Both the position numbers and the translations under genes were made by a program. A stretch of DNA of 64,000 nucleotides from Patescibacteria group bacterium (GTDB lineage: Bacteria; Patescibacteriota; Patescibacteriia; UBA10025; JBIOWE01): NCBI GenBank assembly GCA_044868145.1, contig JBIOWE010000004.1, positions 333,860 through 397,859 on the forward strand, written 5' to 3'. The notes beneath the pieces were generated by a model. That model did not search any database, had not been told where the DNA came from, and saw only the letters and a program-made list of their open reading frames with translations. Positions within the stretch are counted from its first letter, which is position 1; each line of letters opens with the position of its first letter. Below are positions 45,266 to 54,997 of the stretch, in pieces.

Positions 45266-46204
45266 TTATTTAACTTTGATTACCACTTTGCCTTTCGGTT
45301 TCCCTGCCTCAAGATACTTGAGGGCTTCGGCCGTTTCATCCAAAGAAAAGACTTTGTCGATATGCACCTTCACTATACCTCGTTCAACCAATTCGGTTAA
45401 TTTTCCAAGTCGCTCTCCGGTCACCTGGGTAGACTGCGAAATTGCGTTGACTCCGTATTTTTTCATAAGTCCTTGGTTGGGTTGTTCTCCCATGGAAACG
45501 ATCACACCGCCTTTTTGAAGAACTGAAAAAGAACGGGCATAGGTTTCGCCGCCCACAGTATCAAAGACGGCATCGAAATTTTTTACCCCGTCCTCAAATT
45601 TTTGAGACTTGTAGTCAATAACTTGATCTGCGCCCAATCCTTTTACATATTCGGCATCTTCCGCGCTTGCAGTAGCCGCCACGGTCGCACCGAGATGCTT
45701 CGCTATCTGAACGGCAAACGTACCAATGCCTCCAGCACCGCCATGAATAAGAACCTTTTGCTTTTTTTTAAGTTTCATATGCTGGAACAATGCTTGGACG
45801 GCGCTCACTCCTGCCAAGGGCAAACCGGCCGCTTCTTCATGGCTAAGATTTTTAGGTTTTATGGCCACAGATGCTACCTTTGCAAGAGTATATTCCGCAA
45901 ACGATCCTGAACCGCCGCGTAAGAAGCTAGCTCGTCCGTATACTTCCTCACCTTTGCGAACTGTCGTAACCCCAGAGCCCGTTTCCGAGACCACTCCTGA
46001 GAAATCTCCCCCCAAGGTTGCGGGAAATTGCAACGACATCATTTTACTCATCAATCCTTGACGGATCTTCCAGTCAGAGGGATTCACTCCTGCGGCATAT
46101 ACTTCAACCACAATCTCTCCTTCGGAAGCCACGGGCTTCAGCACATTGTTATTAATCTCCACAACTTCACCGCCTCCGTATCTAATGATTTGTGCTGATT
46201 TCAT
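45266..46204 (-). CDS. NADP-dependent oxidoreductase (MDR/quinone reductase-like)
   Basis: AGVNP.D.K, G.DFSG, HGGAGGIG, GKVVI. No Zn-binding Cys. Confidence 0.9.
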   Translation of the reverse strand: MKSAQIIRYGGGEVVEINNNVLKPVASEGEIVVEVYAAGVNPSDWKIRQGLMSKMMSLQFPATLGGDFSGVVSETGSGVTTVRKGEEVYGRASFLRGGSGSFAEYTLAKVASVAIKPKNLSHEEAAGLPLAGVSAVQALFQHMKLKKKQKVLIHGGAGGIGTFAVQIAKHLGATVAATASAEDAEYVKGLGADQVIDYKSQKFEDGVKNFDAVFDTVGGETYARSFSVLQKGGVIVSMGEQPNQGLMKKYGVNAISQSTQVTGERLGKLTELVERGIVKVHIDKVFSLDETAEALKYLEAGKPKGKVVIKVK

Positions 46205-46290
46205 AGGATAGTGTTGAGTTTAATTAATAGGAACGCTAACAGATTTACGCCAGAATCATCTCCGAACAAGTTACATTTGGTGCGTCCAAG

Positions 46291-46618
46291 AGCCTGCCTG
46301 CCCTGTCTGCCGACAGGCAGGTGGCAGGCAGGGATTTGTCACCCCGTGGGTGATCACCCAAAGGGCGGAACCTCACGACAAAAATTTTATTTATTGGTTG
46401 GTTTGGTGCAGTATATACGCGTTGATTCGAGCGGATTTCGCGGGCGGCGGCTAGCGCCCCGGAGTTTATCCCGCCGAATGGCGGGCCCCCGCAGCCGCCG
46501 CCCCTCCAGAGGCGGGCAGGCCGGGCGCGCCTTGGAGTTTATCCCGCACCCTTGCGGTGCGGGGACGATGGCAAGTTTTTCTACGGATTCCGAATTAGTA
46601 CAGATTCGGAATTCGTAG
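46291..46618. repeat. Mosaic of nested GC-rich palindromic elements
   Basis: Nested CCTGCCTGCC..GGCAGGCAGG, GGAGTTTATCCCGC twice, CCCGCCGAATGGCGGG (also near 21259), hairpin at 46581-46618. Confidence 0.65.
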
Positions 46619-46684
46619 GTAAAGGCTATTCGACTTTACCTTTGGCGGCAAATTCTTTAGTTCTGAAAATCGTTCAACAAAAAA

Positions 46685-47218
46685 CTACTTGTATTCCCTT
46701 GGTCCATACGGAGCGTTATATCTACCCAACATATAACCCCAAGCATTATCTCCAACTTTGGGACTCAAATTCTCGTCCAATAGAAAAAGGATGTCATCAT
46801 TTACTTTCCAATAGTATCGAAAATCTCGGTTAGCATTAGAATCTAGTTCGTACACTACTGCCTGCGGATAATCTTTGACACCATGACGTACCGTCAACGC
46901 TCCTTGTGTGACGATTCTATCGTTTCCTTTGCTCCCGATAAGTCCTAGCCAATATGTAGTTGGGGCTTTAGTTTCTTGATTTTGATACAGCGTAAGCTGT
47001 ACCTTCATCCTTCCACCAACACAGATTACGACTGGGCATGAGACGCGGCCCTCAAAAACGGCAAGAATCGTGTCTCCGTTGGCGTTTACCTCTGGGTATG
47101 GAGGTTCAAAGGTAGTCGGGGCCTTGTGGAAATAACCGTTTTGAAACAGCCAAAAAACAACTCCCAAAATGATAATGATCGGGATAATAAGGATAATAGT
47201 TTTTCGCGATAGTTTCAT
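46685..47218 (-). CDS. Membrane-anchored NlpE N-terminal-like beta-barrel protein
   Basis: TM helix, F.GR..C....C...K..LTL motif resembling NlpE G.LPCADC. Confidence 0.6.
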   Translation of the reverse strand: MKLSRKTIILIIPIIIILGVVFWLFQNGYFHKAPTTFEPPYPEVNANGDTILAVFEGRVSCPVVICVGGRMKVQLTLYQNQETKAPTTYWLGLIGSKGNDRIVTQGALTVRHGVKDYPQAVVYELDSNANRDFRYYWKVNDDILFLLDENLSPKVGDNAWGYMLGRYNAPYGPREYK

Positions 47219-47280
47219 ACTACCGACAAGTTTCGGACAGAGGTGTCAAGCGCCTTATCGATTTTCGCTCATTTTCTGAC

Positions 47281-47355
47281 TGGTGCGCCCAACAGGACTT
47301 GAACCCCGCAAAATTTCTCGCTTTCGCTCGAAATATGCGGGACAAGACTGTGACC
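47281..47355 (-). pseudogene. 3' half of a tRNA (with CCA) interrupted in the T-stem by a 43-nt hairpin insert
   Basis: Removing 47305-47347 gives GGTC-ACAGG-TTCAAGT-CCTGT-TGGGCGC-ACCA. Confidence 0.75.
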
Positions 47356-47371
47356 GAATCCTTGTTCATAA

Positions 47372-47446
47372 TGCGCTCGGGAGGATTTGAACCTCCGGCC
47401 TCCAGATCCGCAATCTGGCGTTCTATCCGGGCTGAACTACGAGCGC
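47372..47446 (-). tRNA. tRNA-Arg (anticodon GCG)
   Basis: Acceptor GCGCTCG/CGAGCGC, anticodon arm CCAGA-TTGCGGA-TCTGG, T arm GGAGG-TTCAAAT-CCTCC. CCA not encoded. Confidence 0.93.
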
Positions 47447-47458
47447 GTCAAAAAGTTT

Positions 47459-47523
47459 ACTCTATCCGGGCTGCCTGTCCGCCGATCCGAGCTTAGCGAG
47501 GAATAGGCGGAAGCTATGGGCGC
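47459..47523 (-). pseudogene. 5' half of a tRNA interrupted in the D-stem by a 38-nt hairpin insert
   Basis: Removing 47474-47511 gives GCGCCCA-TA-GCTC-AGCCCGGATA-GAGT. The acceptor strand is complementary to the 3' half at 47281. Confidence 0.75.
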
Positions 47524-47556
47524 ATGTAATGGATATGTTGACTAGAACGTATTTTA

Positions 47557-47642
47557 CTCTTGACTGAGTCCCGATGTTCGCCAAAGGCGAAATCGAGATC
47601 CCGACTACCGACTCATCGTCGGAACGTCGGGACTACGGGCGC
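47557..47642 (-). pseudogene. Second tRNA 5' fragment interrupted by a 64-nt palindromic insert
   Basis: GCGCCCGTAG-[TCCCGAC...ATCGGGA, 47569-47632]-CTCAGTCAAGAG. Confidence 0.6.
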
Positions 47643-47646
47643 ATAT

Positions 47647-48141
47647 TTAAAGCTTCAAGTATCTCGCCACCGCATCAGACAGCGATTCGTTTTCTCTCGT
47701 AAGGTCTTCTTGGAGGTACTGCAGCAAGATTTTGCGCAGGCGAATTGGGTTTTGATTGACGAGCGAGATGGAAAGATAGGGTCGCAGTGATGACTTAAAA
47801 TCTAGATAGAGTGTTTTTACGTCGGGCGGTTCATAAATAATCCAGAATCCTTTTATTTCTTTGTAAGGGTAAAACGATTCTCCTATCAATATGCCTTCTT
47901 CAGAAATTTGTATGGGCACGTTTAGGGGCTCTCGTTTGTTGCGTATGTATTGAATCAGAATGACCAGGAAAATAATAATGATAAATAGGTAGCTTCTTGT
48001 CCAAATGGAAAAAATAAGAAGGCCGAATATGGCTAGCGCCATCCAGAGAAACCAGCGCCGCGTTCGTTTGTGTTTGATGAATTCGGGAAACGTCCATTCC
48101 GCAAGGACTTTTCCATAGTCAGGTTGTGTTGGCTCTGCCAT
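47647..48141 (-). CDS. Hypothetical 2-TM protein with PH-like domain
   Basis: Start moved to MAEPTQ (48141). W..PEF..H.R...W, two TM helices, I.E.GI.IG..FYPY.EI..FW. Confidence 0.78.
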   Translation of the reverse strand: MAEPTQPDYGKVLAEWTFPEFIKHKRTRRWFLWMALAIFGLLIFSIWTRSYLFIIIIFLVILIQYIRNKREPLNVPIQISEEGILIGESFYPYKEIKGFWIIYEPPDVKTLYLDFKSSLRPYLSISLVNQNPIRLRKILLQYLQEDLTRENESLSDAVARYLKL

Positions 48142-48165
48142 AAGATTTATAAATAATACTCTGAC

Positions 48166-48255
48166 TGGCGGAGAGAGAGGGATTCGAACCCCCGATGGCT
48201 TTGCAGCCATAGCGGTTTTCAAGACCGCCCCATTCAACCACTCTGGCATCTCTCC
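48166..48255 (-). tRNA. tRNA-Ser (TGA)
   Basis: GGAGAGA acceptor, GCGGT-CTTGAAA-ACCGC, long variable arm, TTCGAAT, GCCA end. Confidence 0.96.
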
Positions 48256-48262
48256 CTATGGG

Positions 48263-48357
<95 letters not shown>

Positions 48358-48360
48358 AAA

Positions 48361-48473
48361 AGTTCAGCTTCGCTGAACTGATTAAATGTGAAGGCCTCGC
48401 GGTTCCGGGGCGTCCTTTAGACGCCCGTGAACTGCTCCCGTAGGTCGCAGTTCACCCGCTCAGCCAACTCTCC
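48361..48473 (-). pseudogene. tRNA-Ser-like 5' fragment followed by stacked hairpins
   Basis: GGAGAGTTGGCTGAGCGG (48473-48456), then hairpins at 48427-48455, 48408-48426 and 48361-48379. Confidence 0.6.
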
Positions 48474-48568
48474 ATCCAAGATTATGTTTGCTGCCTGATT
48501 ATACCACTTCTTCTTTTTAATTTACACAAAAAGGCACTCAATTCTACAATGTGTCATAGGAGGCGTCA

Positions 48569-48671
48569 ACCCCCACACCAATTTCAAAACAATCAACTTA
48601 TTCAGAGCGGGCTCATTTCATAGTTGAGCATCTCTTCTTCGATAAAACATTGATTGAAATTGGTGTGGGGT
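48569..48671. mobile_element. MITE-like element, copy 1
   Basis: TIRs ACCCC(C)ACACCAATTTCAA / TTGAAATTGGTGTGGGGT. Interior homologous to 53306-53410 in inverted orientation. Confidence 0.8.
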
Positions 48672-48679
48672 CAAGTGTT

Positions 48680-49993
48680 TTACGGTAGATGTTTGCGTAG
48701 GTAGGTAGCTATTTGGTTGATTGGCACCGTTTCCTGCTTTGCCGTTTTGAGATTTTTTATGCTTACCGCATCGCTCTCTTTTTCCTTCGGCCCGACGAGG
48801 AGCGCGAATTCGTAATTTTGCTTGCCCGCGTATTCAAATTGTTTGCTCACTGTCGCGTTCTCCAAGTACAGGTCGGTCGCAATGCCCGTCCTGCGCAGCT
48901 CGGTCGCGAGTTGCAACGCATCACTCATAAAATTTTTATTCCATACGAGCGTCAGTACGTTCACTATAGGGCGTTCGTTTCGCTCTTTTTTGTTTGTCAC
49001 AATGTCTGCAATTCGTTCAATGCCGATCGAACAGCCACACGCCGGAATGGTTTTTTTCGCAAACATGCCGATGAGATTATCATAGCGCCCTCCACCGGCA
49101 ATACTGCTTCTCAAATCCGGTGAGAAAAATTCAAAAATGGGTCCGGTATAGTAGTCGAGTCCGCGCGCGAGAAACGGGCGGAAAACAATACTGGCTTTTT
49201 CTACGAACGGTTCCGTCAGTTTCAGAATTTCGTCCACTTCTTGCAATCCCACTCGACCCGTTTCGTTTGATGCTACTTTTTTTCGCACAACGTCCTCGGC
49301 ATCCTTTGTGCCCAAGTCGGCCATCAGTTCGTCAATGACGGTTTGCGCTACCTGTTTGTTCTTGAGTTCTTGCTTGATTTCTTCCAATGAATTTTTTCCC
49401 AGTTTGTCGAGCACGATTAAGACATCATTTTGTTTTGCAGCCTGAACCCCGTAGGCATCTAGCAAACCCGTCAGCACTTTTCTTGAATTGAGGCGAATCT
49501 CAAATTGTTGTATGCCCATGGCGCTGATTGCGTCCGCAATAGCAAGGATGATTTCCGCATCAGCGGCAATGTAGTCTGTGCCGACGGTATCAATATCGCA
49601 TTGCACGAGTTCGCGGTAGCGACCCTTGCCAGGTCGGTCAGCGCGCCAAACCGGCACAATTTGATATCGTTTGAATATCCGCGGCAGCTTCCCTGCGTAT
49701 TCCGCAACGACGCGAGCAAGCGGGATCGTCAAGTCGTAGCGGAGCGCGAGATCTGGCTCGCCGGTTTTTTCTTGGTCACCGCGCTTCAAAATTTTATACA
49801 TGAGTTTTTCTCCCTCCTCACCGTATTTGCCGGAGAGAATCTCCAATCGTTCAAATGCAGGCGTTTCCAAAGGCAGAAACCCATATGTTTCAAAAACCGT
49901 TTTCGCGGAACGAAACAGCGCTTCCCGAAACCGTACGTCTTCGGGAAGAAAATCACGCGTGCCTGATGGCGGTGTTGTGTTTATTTTTTTCAT
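48680..49993 (-). CDS. hisS: Histidine--tRNA ligase
   Basis: GTRDFLP, LRYDLT.P.AR, GRYRE..QCD.D, RGLDYYTG, GGGRYD.L, GIERI. Confidence 0.97.
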   Translation of the reverse strand: MKKINTTPPSGTRDFLPEDVRFREALFRSAKTVFETYGFLPLETPAFERLEILSGKYGEEGEKLMYKILKRGDQEKTGEPDLALRYDLTIPLARVVAEYAGKLPRIFKRYQIVPVWRADRPGKGRYRELVQCDIDTVGTDYIAADAEIILAIADAISAMGIQQFEIRLNSRKVLTGLLDAYGVQAAKQNDVLIVLDKLGKNSLEEIKQELKNKQVAQTVIDELMADLGTKDAEDVVRKKVASNETGRVGLQEVDEILKLTEPFVEKASIVFRPFLARGLDYYTGPIFEFFSPDLRSSIAGGGRYDNLIGMFAKKTIPACGCSIGIERIADIVTNKKERNERPIVNVLTLVWNKNFMSDALQLATELRRTGIATDLYLENATVSKQFEYAGKQNYEFALLVGPKEKESDAVSIKNLKTAKQETVPINQIATYLRKHLP

Positions 49994-49998
49994 ACGCT

Positions 49999-50685
49999 TT
50001 AAACGTTCGATGCCTTTGCTATAACCCATGCAATGACGGTTTCTGTGCCGGCTTTTTTTAAAACGCTTGCACATTCCTCAAGTGTAGCGCAGGTCGTGGC
50101 AACGTCATCGAAAAGTATAACATGTTTCGGCGGCTGCTTGTAGCGCACGATTTTGAAAGCATTGCGAATATTCGTGAGCCGCTCTTCGGACCCAAGCGAA
50201 ACCTGAGGCGCGGTATTCTTCGAACGTATAAGGACTTTTGTCTCAAGTGCAAGATCAAGTGAATGCGTCAGTTCTTTGGCGATAAGCTCTGATTGGTTAA
50301 ATCCGCGTTCCCGCTCGCGCTTACGGTGCAACGGCACAGGCAGTACGATGCTGGCGCGCGCAAGGTCTGTGCCGGATTGTTGCCCCCATTGGGTATGGCT
50401 GCGCAAGAAACAGGTTGCAAGAATTGGCGCAAGCGTAACCACCCCGTTGTATTTCAGAAGATGGATCGCTTCCTGAACGACGTTTTCTTCATACGCAGTT
50501 GCCGCGAACAAACCGTCGAGATAACTGAACGGTCCAGTCTTAAAATATCGCGGCTTCAGGGCTAGTCCTTGTTCGCAGGACGCACAGAGCCAGTATCCAT
50601 CTTTGCCACAGCCCAGGCACGTGATTGGAAAGACTATTTCAAGTAGCACTGCCAATATTTTTTGTATTACTTTTTTCACTGCCAT
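49999..50685 (-). CDS. comF: ComF-family phosphoribosyltransferase-like competence protein
   Basis: CLGC...C..C zinc finger, PVPLH..R..ERGFNQS, FDDVATT.AT. Confidence 0.92.
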   Translation of the reverse strand: MAVKKVIQKILAVLLEIVFPITCLGCGKDGYWLCASCEQGLALKPRYFKTGPFSYLDGLFAATAYEENVVQEAIHLLKYNGVVTLAPILATCFLRSHTQWGQQSGTDLARASIVLPVPLHRKRERERGFNQSELIAKELTHSLDLALETKVLIRSKNTAPQVSLGSEERLTNIRNAFKIVRYKQPPKHVILFDDVATTCATLEECASVLKKAGTETVIAWVIAKASNV

Positions 50686-50698
50686 ATGTTTCAAAAAC

Positions 50699-50728
50699 AA
50701 AACACCTTCCTCTGGGGAAGGCGTTTTC
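50699..50728 (-). terminator. Putative terminator after clpC
   Basis: AAAACACCTTCC-TCTGG-GGAAGGCGTTTT. Confidence 0.65.
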
Positions 50729-50746
50729 ATTATTGATTCGTGACTT

Positions 50747-53263
50747 TTACTCTAGCACAATCTTTTTATCCCGTACAGTCGCAGATACGGTATCGCCGTT
50801 TTGCCATTTGTTATCGAGCATACCTTGCGCAAGCGCGTTCTCTAGTTGTTCCTGAACCGTACGCTTGACGGCGCGGGCGCCTTGTTCAGGTTTATAACTC
50901 ATTTCTGCGATGAACTTCACGATCTTTTTATCGTACTCCAAGGCGAGATCCTGGTCAGCGAGTTTATTCGTCAGCTCCTTGAGCTCGAGCTCAACAATAG
51001 AAAATATTTCTTCAAGCGCGAGTGGTTTAAAAACGATAATCCTGTCAATGCGATTCAAAAATTCCGGACGGAATTTCCGTTCTAAGTCTTTCAATACCTG
51101 CACTTTAATCTGTTCGTATTTTTCCTTTGCCGCACGTTTATCTTCAGATGACTCCGCCGTAAAACCGATGCTCGCAGCCTTATTCAAATTTTCCAATCCG
51201 ACATTCGAGGTCATAATGATAATCGTGTTTTTAAAATTCACTTTTTTTCCGATGGCGTCAGTCAAATGCCCATCTTCCAGTACTTGGAGCAAGAGATTAA
51301 AAACCTCTGGGTGGGCTTTTTCGATTTCATCAAACAGTACAACGCTGTACGGCTTGCGTCGGACCGGTTCCGTCAGCTTGCTGCCTTCTTTGTAACCAAC
51401 GTATCCTGCCGGGGCGCCGATCAGCTTGGAGATATTAAAGCTTTCCGCAAATTCAGACATGTCAATGCGGATGAGCGCATGTTCGTCCTCGAACACTGTT
51501 TTTGCCAGCACTTTCGCAGTTTCCGTTTTGCCGACACCCGATGGCCCCAAGAAAATAAAGGAGCCCAAAGGTCGGTTCGGGTTCGCGAGCCCGACCCGGG
51601 AGCGCCGGATACTGTCCGAGATGGCCTTGAGCGCTTCCGCTTGGCCGACGATTCTTGCGCTGAGTACTTTTTCTAAATGCAGCAACCGCTCCTTTTCCGC
51701 AACAATAAGATCCTGCAAGGGGATTTTGGTTATGCGGGAGATAACCTCGGCTACATCCTTTTCAGTGATTTTACCGATGTACTTGCGGGATTCTTGGGCT
51801 TTTCTCTCGCGTAGAACGGCGAGCTTGGATTGAACAGTTTGTTCTTGCGTTTTAATACGCAGCGCTTCTTCGAACCGTTCTTGATTCACCGCAACGTGCT
51901 TTTTTTGCTGTATTTTGTTCACCTCTTGTTCAAGGGTGCGGATTTCCCGCGTAAGCGAATCGGTTTTTTGGTTCACTTTCATTTTCGAAGCCGCCTCGTC
52001 AATTAAATCAATTGCTTTATCCGGCAAGAACTTATCTTGGAGATAGCGAGTGCTTAACGTGACTGCGGCACGAATCGCATCGTCAGTAATATGGACGAGA
52101 TGATATTTTTCGTAATTTTCTTTGATGCCCTGGAGTACCTCGACAGTTTCTTCCGGCGTTGCCTCTTCGACCATAATCGGTTGAAACCGACGTTCGAGTG
52201 CTGCATCTGATTCTATATGCTTGCGGTACTCGTCCATGGTTGTTGCACCGATCACGCGCACCTCGCCTTTTGCGAGCGCGGGTTTCAAAATATTTGCCGC
52301 GTCCATTGATCCGGATGCTGACCCCGCGCCGATAATGGTGTGTAATTCGTCAATGAACAGGATGATATTCGGATCCGCCTTAATCTCGTCTATGATTTGT
52401 TTTAGGCGGCTTTCAAATTCGCCCCGGTAAATTGTGCCGGCAACCACAAGGCTAAGGTCGAGCTTTAGTATTTTTTTGTTCAGAAGCGCGTCCGGGACTT
52501 CTCCGTGAATGATTTTTTTCGCAAGCCCTTCGACGATTGCTGTTTTGCCGACGCCGGGATCTCCAATCAGTACGGGGTTATTTTTTGTCCTGCGAGAAAG
52601 AATATGGATGAGTCGTTCAATTTCTCGGCCGCGCCCAATCACAGGATCGATGCTGCGCTGGAGCGTTTCGTTCGTCAGGTTCGTCGAAAAGAAGTCCAGC
52701 GCAGAAGATTTTTGCTGATCTTTTTGTCCCTCGCGTTGGTCCAGCTTTTCCAAATCCTTGTCTTGGTCAAAAAATTGGGCAAGATCGGGAAAGCGCGAAG
52801 TGCTCTTCATGACTGTAGCGAGGTGCGCTTTGAGTTGGTTGAGGTTCACCTGGCTTTCTTCCCATAGTTCGATCATCGTTGGGTTATTCACGTTGATCAA
52901 ACTCATCAGAAGATGCTCGGTGCCAATATACTTATGTTTATATTGGTGGGCAAAGAGTGCGGCTTTTTCAATCGTTTTTTTGGTGTCTTCGGACAATTTC
53001 AATTTTCCAGTCTTTGCCTTTTCCGCGTCAACAGTACGGACTGATGGTTTATTGCGTTCAATAACGCTCGAACGCACGCGTTCCGCGGTCAGCTTGAACT
53101 TGGCTAAAATCTCCGCGCCAATGCTTCCCTTCTGCAAAATTAATCCATACACAAGATGCTCGGGGTTCACAGCTGCATGGCCGAGCGACGTGGAAAGCTC
53201 CTGGGCTTTCTTTAGCGCATTCTTCAAATGCGCAGTGAATTTATCTAATATTTTCGGGTACAT
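50747..53263 (-). CDS. clpC: ATP-dependent Clp protease ATP-binding subunit
   Basis: Two Clp-N repeats, GDPGVGKT, short UVR middle domain, [11 protein letters not shown] loop. Confidence 0.95.
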   Translation of the reverse strand: MYPKILDKFTAHLKNALKKAQELSTSLGHAAVNPEHLVYGLILQKGSIGAEILAKFKLTAERVRSSVIERNKPSVRTVDAEKAKTGKLKLSEDTKKTIEKAALFAHQYKHKYIGTEHLLMSLINVNNPTMIELWEESQVNLNQLKAHLATVMKSTSRFPDLAQFFDQDKDLEKLDQREGQKDQQKSSALDFFSTNLTNETLQRSIDPVIGRGREIERLIHILSRRTKNNPVLIGDPGVGKTAIVEGLAKKIIHGEVPDALLNKKILKLDLSLVVAGTIYRGEFESRLKQIIDEIKADPNIILFIDELHTIIGAGSASGSMDAANILKPALAKGEVRVIGATTMDEYRKHIESDAALERRFQPIMVEEATPEETVEVLQGIKENYEKYHLVHITDDAIRAAVTLSTRYLQDKFLPDKAIDLIDEAASKMKVNQKTDSLTREIRTLEQEVNKIQQKKHVAVNQERFEEALRIKTQEQTVQSKLAVLRERKAQESRKYIGKITEKDVAEVISRITKIPLQDLIVAEKERLLHLEKVLSARIVGQAEALKAISDSIRRSRVGLANPNRPLGSFIFLGPSGVGKTETAKVLAKTVFEDEHALIRIDMSEFAESFNISKLIGAPAGYVGYKEGSKLTEPVRRKPYSVVLFDEIEKAHPEVFNLLLQVLEDGHLTDAIGKKVNFKNTIIIMTSNVGLENLNKAASIGFTAESSEDKRAAKEKYEQIKVQVLKDLERKFRPEFLNRIDRIIVFKPLALEEIFSIVELELKELTNKLADQDLALEYDKKIVKFIAEMSYKPEQGARAVKRTVQEQLENALAQGMLDNKWQNGDTVSATVRDKKIVLE

Positions 53264-53305
53264 TTTTGGTCGGAGAGATTATAACACTACTGTATTTTAC
53301 CGTCA

Positions 53306-53410
53306 ACCCCCACACCAATTTCAATTAATGTTTGATTGAAAAAGAGGAGGGTAGTTTGTGAAATGAGTTTCTTCTGAATGCGCTGATTGTTTTAAAATTG
53401 GTGTGGGGGT
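53306..53410. mobile_element. MITE-like element, copy 2
   Basis: TIRs ACCCCCACACCAATTT / AAATTGGTGTGGGGGT. Abuts the TGA stop of the 53410-54087 gene. Confidence 0.8.
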
Positions 53411-54087
53411 CATGCCGTTTTGGCCGGTTCCGGTGTTTTTGGCCTTACTGTTCGCAAACTTTCGTACATCATATATATGTAAATGACAACAAACGGCCCA
53501 AAGAGAAGCTCGAGAACATTTCCAAGCAGCGTCGAATATAGACCAATTGAGCCAATGATGAGTGAGATAATGCCAATAAGTACTAATCTCCCAAAGACCT
53601 CCCAAAACCGTCCTTTGACATAGGTGACGCTTTGTTTGATTGCTTGCCAACCGGTCTTCCCCTCTGTTACCACAATCGCCTGGCTAAAAATAAACCACAC
53701 AATCGCCACGATGCCGGGTACAATCAACAGGATGAGTCCAGCGAGAATAATGGCGGCCATGATTACCGATGTCAGTACCATGCTTGGCCATAACGTCCAC
53801 CCTTTTTTCCATAAGGCGGAAAACGAAGGAGGCATTGCGCGCTGTTGCAAGTAATAATAGTACGCTCCGGCTCCCCAAACAGACAATACGACTGAAACCA
53901 CAGACACGAAGATTGACCAATGATTGTATTGATCCGCGGTCACCAGATGGAAAAAAAATCCGAGATCGATCGCAAGAAACGGAGCAGAAACGACGATCGC
54001 GATAAGGACCAGCGTCTGAAAATGCTTTTTATACCACTGAATAGTATCGCGAATCAGTTGATTGATTTGAATAAATTGTTGTTCCAT
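53410..54087 (-). CDS. Integral membrane protein (GDPD membrane-anchor-like)
   Basis: Start moved to MEQQF. G.ILLIVPGI....W..F......E...G..A...S...V.GR.W motif. Confidence 0.75.
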   Translation of the reverse strand: MEQQFIQINQLIRDTIQWYKKHFQTLVLIAIVVSAPFLAIDLGFFFHLVTADQYNHWSIFVSVVSVVLSVWGAGAYYYYLQQRAMPPSFSALWKKGWTLWPSMVLTSVIMAAIILAGLILLIVPGIVAIVWFIFSQAIVVTEGKTGWQAIKQSVTYVKGRFWEVFGRLVLIGIISLIIGSIGLYSTLLGNVLELLFGPFVVIYIYMMYESLRTVRPKTPEPAKTA

Positions 54088-54091
54088 ATTT

Positions 54092-54994
54092 TTAGCCCAT
54101 GTGTCGAAGCGCCGCGATTCGTTCCTCGATCGGAGGATGCGTTGAGAAGAGGCGAGCCAGTCCTGACATTGCTTTCGCACCGAAAGGATTCGAGATAAAG
54201 AGATGCGCTGTGGCGTTGTTCGCTCGTTGCATTGGCTGTTGTTCGCGTCCGATTTTTTCCAACGCCTTGGCAAGACCTTCTGGATAGCGCGTCAGCAAAG
54301 CGCCGGACGCGTCCGCAAGCAATTCTCTGCGTCGAGAAACTGCGAGTTTAATTAATTGCGCGATAATCGGCGAAAATATGAGCAAGACCAATCCGATGGC
54401 GAAGAGGATAATCTGTGCTTGACCGCCGCCCCGGTTTCCGCCGCCCCTCCCACCACCGATAAATCGGACGCGGAAAAACCAGTTCCCGAGCAGAGCCACC
54501 ACGCCGACAAGAACGAGGACGATCATCATCAACCGAATGTCGTAGTTTTTGATGTGCGAAAGTTCATGACCAATAACGCCTTCGAGCTCCTCGTTCTCCA
54601 ATTTTTCAATTGCGCCCGTCGTAATGGCGAGAGAAGCGCGCTTTGGGTCACGACCGGTGGCGAAAGCGTTAATGGCCGGGTCATTAATGATATAGACCCT
54701 TGGTACAGGAAGGCCGGATGCAATGCAAAGGTTTTCCACCATGCGATAGACATACGGGTTTTCATCTTTGGCGATCGGATGTGCGCCTGATGCCGCGAGT
54801 GCTATTTTATCGCCGGAAAAGTAGCTGACGAGCGTCATAACGAACGCGATCATTCCCGCAATAATCAACCCTGCATAGCCCGATTCCGACGTCTGGCCGA
54901 ACACCCAGCCCAAGAAGAGAACAAACCCTATGAATAATAGAATGAGTATAAACGATTTTCTCTTATTGGCACCTATGTAGGAATATGTCGTCAT
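54092..54994 (-). CDS. htpX: M48 zinc metalloprotease HtpX
   Basis: NAFATG, HELSH, SR.RE.LAD, STHPP..ERI. Confidence 0.95.
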   Translation of the reverse strand: MTTYSYIGANKRKSFILILLFIGFVLFLGWVFGQTSESGYAGLIIAGMIAFVMTLVSYFSGDKIALAASGAHPIAKDENPYVYRMVENLCIASGLPVPRVYIINDPAINAFATGRDPKRASLAITTGAIEKLENEELEGVIGHELSHIKNYDIRLMMIVLVLVGVVALLGNWFFRVRFIGGGRGGGNRGGGQAQIILFAIGLVLLIFSPIIAQLIKLAVSRRRELLADASGALLTRYPEGLAKALEKIGREQQPMQRANNATAHLFISNPFGAKAMSGLARLFSTHPPIEERIAALRHMG

Positions 54995-54997
54995 CGT

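Noticed and set aside
46211-46833. ORFs 46211-46618 and 46552-46833
   Set aside because: They are open frames through GC-rich palindromes or antisense to a real gene, with no protein-like features.
45266-47355. tRNA-integrated genomic island
   Set aside because: The tRNA 3' fragment is only 16 nt from the intact tRNA and differs in sequence. No integrase or distal att copy was seen.
47299-47790. ORFs 47299-47496 and 47560-47790
   Set aside because: They are antisense readings of tRNA, tRNA fragments and palindromic inserts.
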